Shown: positions 7,440 to 14,820 of the stretch, in pieces
Numbering within the stretch: the stretch's first letter is position 1
Layout: every line of letters starts with the position of its first letter
DNA from: Bacteroidia bacterium
GTDB taxonomy: Bacteria; Bacteroidota; Bacteroidia; NS11-12g; UBA955
NCBI GenBank assembly: GCA_025450395.1
Contig: JANWHK010000145.1
Location: 1 to 37,092 of the forward strand
Direction: 5' to 3'
DNA: 37,092 nucleotides
The notes under the pieces: model-generated
Told to the model about the DNA's origin: nothing
What the model saw: the letters and a program-made list of their open reading frames with translations, nothing else
Database searches by the model: none
Made by a program: the position numbers and the translations under genes

Positions 7440-8618
7440 ATGAGCCTCATCACCCGCAATGTCTGGATACTGTCCATCGTCAGCCTTTTCACGGATGTGG
7501 CGAGTGAGATGTTGTACCCCATCATGCCTGTGTATTTGAAGACCATCGGTTTTTCAATCATCTTAATAGGTATACTTGAGGGATGTGCTGAAGCCACTGC
7601 AGGCCTGAGCAAGGGTTATTTCGGTCACCTGAGCGATCACAAGGGTAAGCGGCTGCCTTTTATACAAATAGGGTATACATTCAGTGCCATTTCAAAACCG
7701 ATGATGGCTGTCTTTTTAATGCCTTTGTGGGTATTCTTTGCACGCACCCTCGACAAGTTGGGCAAGGGTATCAGGACAGGGGCAAGGGATGCGCTGCTGT
7801 CCGATGAAGCAACGGAACAAACCAAGGGCAGGGTATTCGGTTTCCATAGGGCAATGGACACATTTGGTGCCGTGCTGGGACCATTGCTTGCATTGTTGTA
7901 TCTTTGGTATTATCCTGAAGATTATAAAACCCTGTTTCTCATCGCTTTTTTTCCGGGCATCCTGGCTATCGCTTTTACCTTTTTTATCCGGGAAAAAAAG
8001 AGGCCAGTTGAAACCGGACCTAAACCGAGATTCCTGGATTTCATAAAATACTGGAGGGAAAGTCCAGCGGAATACCGGAAGCTGGCCGGTGGCTTGCTGG
8101 TATTTACCCTTTTTAACAGCTCCGATGTTTTCCTTTTATTAAAGATAAAGGAGGCGGGATTTGATGATACAACGGTCATAGGGGCTTATATTTTCTATAA
8201 CCTGGTGTATGCATTATTTTCTTATCCACTGGGAAGCCTGGCTGATAAACTTGGTATGAAGAAAGTATTTATGGGTGGCCTGCTGATGTTTATACTGGTA
8301 TATGCCGGAATGGCTTTCGCAGAAAATAAATTCCTGTTTTTCGGCCTCTTCTTTTTATACGGGGTTTATTCCGCAGCGACTGAAGGCATAGCCAAAGCCT
8401 GGATCACCAATATCTGTGACAAACGGCATGCGGCTACTGCGATAGGTACTTACACTGCCTTTCAAAGCCTTGCCACATTGTTTGCAAGTTCTCTGGCCGG
8501 GTTGGTATGGTTTGTTTACGGTCCCGGGTTGACCTTGTTATTCACCGCTATAGTCACCACAGGTGTATTGATCTATATCATGGTGAATATAAAGGGTATT
8601 AAATCGCTTGAAGTATAA
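7440..8618 (+). CDS. MFS transporter
   Basis: About 12 hydrophobic segments and an MFS-like loop motif (GHLSDHKGKRLP). I prefer ATG 7440 over TTG 7425. Confidence 0.85.
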   Translation: MSLITRNVWILSIVSLFTDVASEMLYPIMPVYLKTIGFSIILIGILEGCAEATAGLSKGYFGHLSDHKGKRLPFIQIGYTFSAISKPMMAVFLMPLWVFFARTLDKLGKGIRTGARDALLSDEATEQTKGRVFGFHRAMDTFGAVLGPLLALLYLWYYPEDYKTLFLIAFFPGILAIAFTFFIREKKRPVETGPKPRFLDFIKYWRESPAEYRKLAGGLLVFTLFNSSDVFLLLKIKEAGFDDTTVIGAYIFYNLVYALFSYPLGSLADKLGMKKVFMGGLLMFILVYAGMAFAENKFLFFGLFFLYGVYSAATEGIAKAWITNICDKRHAATAIGTYTAFQSLATLFASSLAGLVWFVYGPGLTLLFTAIVTTGVLIYIMVNIKGIKSLEV

Positions 8619-8633
8619 TAGCCAGAATCTCAT

Positions 8634-8641
8634 TACATTTG
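8634..8641 (+). promoter_or_regulatory. candidate -7 box TACATTTG
   Basis: TAnnTTTG lies 18 nt upstream of ATG 8659, inside the 40-nt gap after the MFS stop. Confidence 0.4.
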
Positions 8642-8658
8642 TAGCAAAAATTAGCGTT

Positions 8659-9951
8659 ATGGCCGTCCAGATATTTATTACTTTCCTGTTGGTCTTCATG
8701 AACGGGTTTTTTGTGGCTGCGGAATTTGCCATTGTGAAAGTAAGGGCTTCACAACTCGAATTGAAGGTGCAGGCAGGCAACCGTTTTGCCATTCTCTCCA
8801 AGCATATTGTCACCCACCTGGATGGATACCTCGCGGCAACCCAACTCGGCATTACACTTGCCAGTCTTGGTTTGGGATGGATAGGGGAACCGGTAGTGTC
8901 CAAAATGATCATCAACCTGATGGACTTCATGGGTGTTCAGATCACTTCAGAACTGGCACACAGCATCGCGTTGCCATGTGCATTTGCCATCATCACCGTA
9001 TTGCACATCGTATTCGGGGAACTGGCGCCAAAGTCGATGGCGATACAACGCTCCGAAAAAACCACCATGTTCATTGCCTATCCATTGCAATTCTTTTATG
9101 TCCTGTTCAGGCCTTTTATCTGGGTACTGAATGGCATCGCCAATTTTATCCTGAAAATACTCGGCATCTCTTCTATACATGGTTCGGAAGTGCATAGCAG
9201 CGATGAGTTGAAATACCTGGTGCAACTCGGCAAGGAAAGTGGTGAGATAGAAGAGACGGATTATGATATCATCAAGAATGCTTTCCATTTTTCCGAACGT
9301 ACAGCCAAACAGGTCATGGTACCAAGAACCCAGGTACTGGCCATTGATGTTAATGATTTTAACGAGGTAGCACTTGAGAAGGTGATAGAGGAGAGTTATT
9401 CGCGCATACCCTGTTATGAGGATAGCCTGGACCATATCGTGGGTGTGGTGTATCTCAAGGATGTATTGTTGAAAATGAGGAAAAATGAAACCATCAACAT
9501 ACGAGAAATCATGCGCCCTGTTTTCACCATTCCTGAGACAAAACACATAGGTCAGCTCTTAAAGGATTTCCAGCAGAAACACCAGCAGATCGCTGTGGTG
9601 GTAGATGAATACGGTGGTACCAAGGGCATCGTGACAATGGAAGATATACTTGAAGAACTGGTTGGAGAGATACAGGATGAATATGACAATGAGACCCCTG
9701 TCGTAGAGAAGACCGGCGACCGCAAATATTCCGTCATGGCTTCTGCTTCACTGGACGATATCAACAAGGCCATTCCGCATCCCATCCGCAAGGATGAACA
9801 ATATGAAACGCTTGCAGGATACCTGATACATCACAGTCACAGGATACCGAATACCAATGAGAAAATTGTGAAGGAGGGTTATGAATTTACGATATTAAAA
9901 AGAAGCAGGAGCAGCATTGTTCTGGTGCAGATCGTCGAGTTGAACCTGTAA
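8659..9951 (+). CDS. CNNM/HlyC-CorC family transporter (DUF21 - CBS pair - CorC_HlyC)
   Basis: DUF21 N-terminus (FMNGFFVAAEFAIVKVRASQLE), a CBS-pair region and the CorC/HlyC C-terminal domain. I prefer ATG 8659 over TTG 8608. Confidence 0.9.
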   Translation: MAVQIFITFLLVFMNGFFVAAEFAIVKVRASQLELKVQAGNRFAILSKHIVTHLDGYLAATQLGITLASLGLGWIGEPVVSKMIINLMDFMGVQITSELAHSIALPCAFAIITVLHIVFGELAPKSMAIQRSEKTTMFIAYPLQFFYVLFRPFIWVLNGIANFILKILGISSIHGSEVHSSDELKYLVQLGKESGEIEETDYDIIKNAFHFSERTAKQVMVPRTQVLAIDVNDFNEVALEKVIEESYSRIPCYEDSLDHIVGVVYLKDVLLKMRKNETINIREIMRPVFTIPETKHIGQLLKDFQQKHQQIAVVVDEYGGTKGIVTMEDILEELVGEIQDEYDNETPVVEKTGDRKYSVMASASLDDINKAIPHPIRKDEQYETLAGYLIHHSHRIPNTNEKIVKEGYEFTILKRSRSSIVLVQIVELNL

Positions 9952-9964
9952 TCAGTAATCAGTA

Positions 9965-10027
9965 GGGGAAATGTACGATGTACGACATACGATATACGAT
10001 GTATGGGGAAATGTACGATGTATTGGA
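9965..10027. repeat. heptamer repeat block with duplicated GGGGAAATGTACGATGTA unit
   Basis: TACGATG, TACGACA, TACGATA, TACGATG at 9974-10001. The 18-nt unit GGGGAAATGTACGATGTA occurs at 9965-9982 and again at 10005-10022. Confidence 0.85.
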
Positions 10028-10037
10028 ACCGCGTAGG

Positions 10038-10055
10038 GGCACAAAATTTTGTGCC
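10038..10055. repeat. perfect 18-bp palindrome GGCACAAAATTTTGTGCC
   Basis: Read directly from the sequence. It lies between convergent genes. Confidence 0.9.
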
Positions 10056-10096
10056 TTGATGAATTATTAACGAATGATATTTAGGATGTGACCAAT

Positions 10097-10141
10097 ATGA
10101 TGAATTGGGAAATGTACCACATACGATGTACAATGTGGGGG
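10097..10141. repeat. degenerate heptamer repeat block
   Basis: ATGATGAATTGGGAAATGTACCACATACGATGTACAATGTGGGGG shares TACGATG units with the other blocks. Its ATGATGAATTGG string is also seen at 13373-13384. Confidence 0.6.
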
Positions 10142-10160
10142 AATGGTAATCCGGCAAAAG

Positions 10161-10196
10161 AAAAAGGCTGTCTAAATTCAATTAGACAGCCTTTTT
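10161..10196. terminator. bidirectional Rho-independent terminator
   Basis: Stem AGGCTGTCTA (10165-10174) pairs with TAGACAGCCT (10183-10192). It is flanked by an A-run upstream and a T-run downstream, and sits between convergent genes. Confidence 0.75.
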
Positions 10197-10235
10197 GATA
10201 TGGAATAATTAATGATTATTCAGGACGCTTTAAGA

Positions 10236-11963
10236 TTAAGGCTTCGTGATGATATTGGTACTTGTCAATACTACTGAACCATTCTGGGCAAGTAATCTTC
10301 CTTGTAAAGTTGCATATGAACCCATTGTAATGGATGTCAGGGCCAAAATATTGCCTTTAAATATAGTACTTACGCCAATGGTTGCGGAACTGCCTATTTG
10401 CCAAAAAACGTTTTTAGCCTGGGCACCACCGCTAAGTATGATATTGCCACCTGCTCCGCCTATTGTGGTAAAATCAGATGCTACCTGGAAAATCCATATA
10501 GCATTCGGGTCACCTTGGGCATCCAGGGTCAGGTCACCTAACTGTACCATCAGTGTAGATGTTGATTTGTAAATACCCGGGGCAAGTGTTTTACCTCCTT
10601 GATCACCGGCCACTGTGGCAGGTGCCGGAGCAGTTGCTCCTTCAATGAAAAGGTAGGCATCTGTAAGGTCCTGTTTGGCTTGTATAAGCATTGCAGGTGT
10701 GCCTGGAGGAGCAATGTCATCGGCAGCGAAGATAGAACCGTTCACCATGATTGCAGGTGGGAATCCGGTAATTTTAGAACGAACACCCGGGCTTAACCCG
10801 ATATCCATGTCATGGATCTCGCTGAAGCCAGCATTGTTGTTGATGGATATGCCTGCGAGAATACCGAAGTTGCCGGCAGATTTAAGATCTGGGCCTTGTG
10901 CACCTGTAAGTGTCTTGGTAGTAAAGCTCCATACCTTGTCATTGGCAAGTGGAGTTCCTGCAGGGTTCTTGGCTCCGGTACCGATGGTAGCTGTATAAGT
11001 GGTATTTGCCACTAAAAGATTGGTAGAAGTAAATGATATGGTTGAACCTGCATAAGTAACTACTCCCGGTATGGAAGTTAAGCCTTGTTTCAAGGTGAAG
11101 TTTGACGCAGTCATAGTCGATACTTCCATAGGCTCACTGAAAGTTGCGCTTATAGTTTTATCAAGAAGTATACCGATGGCATTGTTTAACGGGTCAGTAG
11201 AAATAACTGTAGGAGCTACTACAACTCCGGTGTTGAATGACCATACATAGTCAGCAGCTAAACCATTACCGGCCGCGTTCTTGGCTCCGGTGCTGATGGT
11301 GCAGGTATAAGCTGTATTGGATGCAAGGGCAACGGTAGGTGTAAAGAATGCTGTTGTACCGACGTAAACAACAGTTCCTGAAACTGCTGTTGCACCTTGT
11401 TTGATGGTAAAGCTGGTAGCAGGACTATTCAGTGTAGACGGATTCATTGGGACATTAAATGTCGCAGCTACTACTTTGTTAACGGCTACACCTGAGGCAT
11501 TATTTAAAGGGTCAGTAGAAATCACTGAAGGCATCAGGGTTGCACCTGTGCTGAAAGTCCACACATAATTGGCTTGCATCGCATTACCCGCTGCATCCTT
11601 AACTGTATTTTTTACAGTAGCTGTATAGGTTGTGTTAATAACAAGAGCAGTGGCAGGTGTAAAACTCAAGGTGGAATTGGCTGCATTATAAGTCAATGCA
11701 CCTCCGATATTGGATGTTCCTGTTAAAGTGAAGGCTGCAGAGTTCAAAGTAGCAGCATCCATCTTTGAATCAAAATTCACTGTAATGACCTGGTTAAGGG
11801 CTACATTGACAGCATCTTTAGAGGGAGTTGTTGACACCACTTTTGGATTCGTAGCGGTGGGGGTTGGTTCCTGCTTGTCTTTCTTGCAGGCGCCAATAAA
11901 CGTCGTTATGAATACGGCTGCAATAGCGGTCATCCATAATAGTTTTCTTTTTTGATGGTTCAT
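10236..11963 (-). CDS. lipoprotein with three SbsA/Big_5-type Ig-like repeats and a C-terminal ice-binding (DUF3494) domain
   Basis: Lipobox FIGAC. There are three ~100-aa repeats of the form P.V(I)ST(D)P...FTL...YT.T...AGN...W.F.T. DUF3494 motifs: AGNFGILAG...IGLSPG...ITGFPP and NVFWQIGSSATIG...FKGNILA...GRLLAQNGSV. Confidence 0.85.
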   Translation of the reverse strand: MNHQKRKLLWMTAIAAVFITTFIGACKKDKQEPTPTATNPKVVSTTPSKDAVNVALNQVITVNFDSKMDAATLNSAAFTLTGTSNIGGALTYNAANSTLSFTPATALVINTTYTATVKNTVKDAAGNAMQANYVWTFSTGATLMPSVISTDPLNNASGVAVNKVVAATFNVPMNPSTLNSPATSFTIKQGATAVSGTVVYVGTTAFFTPTVALASNTAYTCTISTGAKNAAGNGLAADYVWSFNTGVVVAPTVISTDPLNNAIGILLDKTISATFSEPMEVSTMTASNFTLKQGLTSIPGVVTYAGSTISFTSTNLLVANTTYTATIGTGAKNPAGTPLANDKVWSFTTKTLTGAQGPDLKSAGNFGILAGISINNNAGFSEIHDMDIGLSPGVRSKITGFPPAIMVNGSIFAADDIAPPGTPAMLIQAKQDLTDAYLFIEGATAPAPATVAGDQGGKTLAPGIYKSTSTLMVQLGDLTLDAQGDPNAIWIFQVASDFTTIGGAGGNIILSGGAQAKNVFWQIGSSATIGVSTIFKGNILALTSITMGSYATLQGRLLAQNGSVVLTSTNIITKP

Positions 11964-12033
11964 GATATTATTATTTAATTTTGTTTTTGTGTGTAATTTT
12001 TTCCGACTTAATTTATTAACGAATTAATTATCA

Positions 12034-12041
12034 CAAATTTA
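12034..12041 (-). promoter_or_regulatory. candidate -7 box (TAAATTTG on the minus strand)
   Basis: CAAATTTA on the + strand, 71 nt upstream of the minus-strand ATG at 11963. Confidence 0.3.
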
Positions 12042-12235
12042 GACTTGCGATGATGGTTGCAGTTACACAACCTTGGATATACATTGCAATATTCACACAT
12101 AGAAAAAAAATTGTAATGCCGATTTTAATTGGATACCAGTCTGAGCACAACTCGTTTAAACAGTTTATTTCCTGAAACCCTTCTTTGTTAATTAATAAAA
12201 ATGATATTTTTTGAGCACTCGTGTAATATGCCTTT

Positions 12236-12254
12236 CTGCTAAAATTTTTAGCAG
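12236..12254. promoter_or_regulatory. 19-bp near-perfect palindrome CTGCTAAAA-T-TTTTAGCAG (candidate operator)
   Basis: 9-bp arms around a single central base, 33-51 nt upstream of the radical SAM ATG and just upstream of its -7 box. Confidence 0.4.
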
Positions 12255-12274
12255 CAATTGAATAAATTAAGATT

Positions 12275-12282
12275 TAATTTTG
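12275..12282 (+). promoter_or_regulatory. candidate -7 box TAATTTTG
   Basis: TAnnTTTG only 5 nt upstream of ATG 12287, which would give a near-leaderless mRNA. Confidence 0.35.
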
Positions 12283-12286
12283 ACAG

Positions 12287-13351
12287 ATGAATAAGGATGA
12301 TTTTGTCAAGGGAAGGGGTGCGCAGATGAATGCGCATAATCCTTTTGACAAGAACCACCTGGTGAAGGAGCATTGGGAAGGCATTGATGAGGAAGACCTT
12401 TCATTGCAGGCGAAAACTGAATATATAGAAGTATTTCCCAAGACCATAGTCAATAAGGTTGACAGTGAAGACCTGAGGTTCGGCTATTCGATGAATCCAT
12501 ACCAGGGATGCGAGCACGGTTGCCTGTATTGTTATGCACGCAACACCCATAACTATTGGGGATACAGTTCCGGCGCCGAATTTGAGCAAAAGATTCTTGT
12601 TAAAAAGAATGCGGCAAAATTGCTGGAAGAAACCTTTCAGCAGAAAAGTTGGGTGCCCGAACCCATCATGTTTTCAGGAAATACGGATTGTTACCAACCT
12701 GCTGAACGAAAATTCGGCATTACCAGGCAAATGCTTGAAATATGCCTGAAATACAAAAACCCGGTCAGCATGATCACAAAAAATTCATTGATAGAGCGCG
12801 ACCTTGACCTATTGGAAGAGCTGAATCGTTTTAACCTCGTCAACGTGAGTATTACACTGACTTCCCTGGATGAAGACCTGAGGCGATTACTGGAACCACG
12901 GACCGCCAGTGCACAAAGAAAATTGCGCACAATAGAAACACTTGCAGGAAAGCAGATTCCTGTAAATGTGATGATGGCGCCCATCATACCGGGACTCAAC
13001 AGCCATGAAATATTTGCCCTTGCAAAGGAGGTGTCAGAAAGGGGGGCATCAGCGCTTAACTATACCATCGTGAGGTTGAATGGTACAATTGGTGAAGTGT
13101 TCCTTGACTGGATACGCAAGACCTTTCCCGACCGGGCTGATAAGGTGATACACCAGATTGAGGAATGCCATGGCGGTAAACTGAATGACAGCCGTTTTGG
13201 TGTGCGGATGAGGGGAGAGGGAAATACGGCGCAGATGATATCGCAGATGGTGAAGGTGGCAAGGCAGAAGTTCTTTGAAGGTCGCAGCATGAAACAACTG
13301 GACTGCAGTATTTTTGTCAGGAATAAGAAAGGACAGCTGCCTCTTTTTTAG
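12287..13351 (+). CDS. PA0069-family radical SAM protein (SplB/COG1533-like)
   Basis: N-terminal KGRGAQMNAHNPF and the CxxxCxxC cluster CEHGCLYC, with overall family-typical length. Confidence 0.9.
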   Translation: MNKDDFVKGRGAQMNAHNPFDKNHLVKEHWEGIDEEDLSLQAKTEYIEVFPKTIVNKVDSEDLRFGYSMNPYQGCEHGCLYCYARNTHNYWGYSSGAEFEQKILVKKNAAKLLEETFQQKSWVPEPIMFSGNTDCYQPAERKFGITRQMLEICLKYKNPVSMITKNSLIERDLDLLEELNRFNLVNVSITLTSLDEDLRRLLEPRTASAQRKLRTIETLAGKQIPVNVMMAPIIPGLNSHEIFALAKEVSERGASALNYTIVRLNGTIGEVFLDWIRKTFPDRADKVIHQIEECHGGKLNDSRFGVRMRGEGNTAQMISQMVKVARQKFFEGRSMKQLDCSIFVRNKKGQLPLF

Positions 13352-13508
13352 TTATGAGTTATGAATGGGGAATGATGAATTGGTGGGAATATCCTTTCGT
13401 CTATAGTACGTTTCGCTTATCCATGGAGTGAAGTCAGTGGTTATGTTTTACTTAATTAATGGCCTTAACTCATAATTCATAACTCATAATTCATAATTCA
13501 TAACTCGC
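13352..13508. repeat. inverted arrays of heptamers (ATGAGTT/ATGAATT vs AACTCAT/AATTCAT) flanking a ~85-nt spacer
   Basis: The left arm at 13352-13366 (TTATGAGTTATGAAT) is the exact reverse complement of 13475-13489. The right arm is six 7-bp units at 13467-13508. Confidence 0.9.
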
Positions 13509-13605
13509 AGCAAGTGTGAATCTTACAACTTAAAATGGGATTGATATAATACCCCGCCTGCAAAACTGTAAGACCTTTGTACCATATAAAATAATAATAA
13601 GCAAT

Positions 13606-14040
13606 ATGAAAAAACTAAAAATTTATTTAATGGCCGCAATGATCGGATTAACCGCTTTAGCATTTGAATCATGCAAAAAAGGCGAGGATGATCCCGTCAT
13701 TTCATTAAAAACGAGAAAAGACCGTTTCACCAACACTTGGGTATTGGTTAAATACGAAAAGGATGGTGCCGACCAGAATATCAGCGGAAGCACTTATACC
13801 TATGATGTATTCGCCAATAACAAATTGACCCAGACCATTGAAGGAGCTGTCTTTGGTTTCCCTGTGAAATCTGTTAAAAGCGGTGACTGGGAATTTGTCA
13901 ACGATGAAGAGGATGTAAGGATCACTATTGAAGGTGATGTACAGCTTTATAATGTTCAAAGGTTGGCTAGCAACGAACTGTGGTTGAAAAGATTGTCCGG
14001 TGGTAGTACACACATGTATTACTTCGAAACCAAACAATAA
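13606..14040 (+). CDS. small lipoprotein (lipocalin-like?)
   Basis: Signal peptide plus lipobox (LTALAFESC). The TNTWVLVKYEKDG pattern resembles lipocalin-like lipoproteins. A terminator follows. Confidence 0.65.
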   Translation: MKKLKIYLMAAMIGLTALAFESCKKGEDDPVISLKTRKDRFTNTWVLVKYEKDGADQNISGSTYTYDVFANNKLTQTIEGAVFGFPVKSVKSGDWEFVNDEEDVRITIEGDVQLYNVQRLASNELWLKRLSGGSTHMYYFETKQ

Positions 14041-14085
14041 TCAAACAGCTGCCGTTAAAGCGGAAAACAAATTAAAACCTCAAAA

Positions 14086-14124
14086 AGGCTTTCAGTTTAT
14101 TTCAAACTGGGAGCCTTTTTTTTC
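14086..14124 (+). terminator. Rho-independent terminator
   Basis: AGGCTTTCAGTTT (14086-14098) pairs with AAACTGGGAGCCT (14104-14116), including two G:U pairs, and is followed by T8. Confidence 0.65.
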
Positions 14125-14194
14125 ATGTGAATCATATAATGTTTATATATAATTATATAATAAAAGAATCCCGTACAAATTACAATTTTGTAAC

Positions 14195-14494
14195 ATGAAA
14201 TCAAATGAAGCACAACTTGTCAATCTGATAAGGCGACAAAACCGGGCTGCATACGAATATCTTTGCCAGCAATGCGGTTCTGCCTTATTTAATATCTTGT
14301 TAAAATCCGTAAGGAATGAGGAAACTGCGAAGAAACTTCTGCAAGATGTATTTATTAAAATATGGAAAAATATCGGTTCATTTCCTGAACGCGGCAGGTT
14401 GTATAACTGGATGCTGAATGAAGCCAGGAAAATGGGAGTTGATTATTTAAGGTCTAAACAATTAGGCAATGAATATCAATATCAGACAAATTAA
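14195..14494 (+). CDS. sigma-70 region-2-only protein (ECF-like, no region 4)
   Basis: LLQDVFIKIWKNIGSF...YNWMLNEARKMGVDYLRSK matches ECF sigma regions 2.1-2.4. The ORF stops after 99 aa with no region-4 HTH. Confidence 0.6.
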   Translation: MKSNEAQLVNLIRRQNRAAYEYLCQQCGSALFNILLKSVRNEETAKKLLQDVFIKIWKNIGSFPERGRLYNWMLNEARKMGVDYLRSKQLGNEYQYQTN

Positions 14495-14820
14495 ACATAT
14501 TAAATATATATGAAATCAATCTTATCAATTAAAAGATTTGGACTTGACATGCTTGTCGCATTGTTTTCTCCAAATGTTATGGTATTTAATGCTGTACCCA
14601 TACATAAGGCCACAACTGCAAATACAAAACAAGCGGTGGTACAAAAGTATTTTAAGTACTGACTTATATTTAACGATTTAATGTTGAAAGAGAATTTCAT
14701 GCCAGTCGTGAAATTCTCTTTGTTATTTTATATTGTGGTTTTAAAATATGTTTAGTGCTTAAAATATATGGAAAATATCTTGTTTATAAATAAAATATAT
14801 ATTTAAATTAAAAAATATCA

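Noticed and set aside
9879-10181. 100-aa minus-strand ORF in the convergent intergenic region
   Set aside because: It is built from the heptamer repeats, the palindrome and the terminator stem, and has no coding-like composition.
10246-11955. Plus-strand ORFs (10246-10572, 10599-10796, 10675-10998, 10812-11015, 11710-11955) inside the ice-binding protein gene
   Set aside because: They are antisense to a gene with strong, full-length domain evidence.
14500-14700. 66-aa minus ORF and the overlapping 50-aa plus ORF (14510-14662) as real genes, e.g. an anti-sigma factor
   Set aside because: The region is AT-rich, the two ORFs exclude each other, and neither shows anti-sigma (FecR/zinc-finger) motifs. 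I kept them only as a note under the sigma finding.
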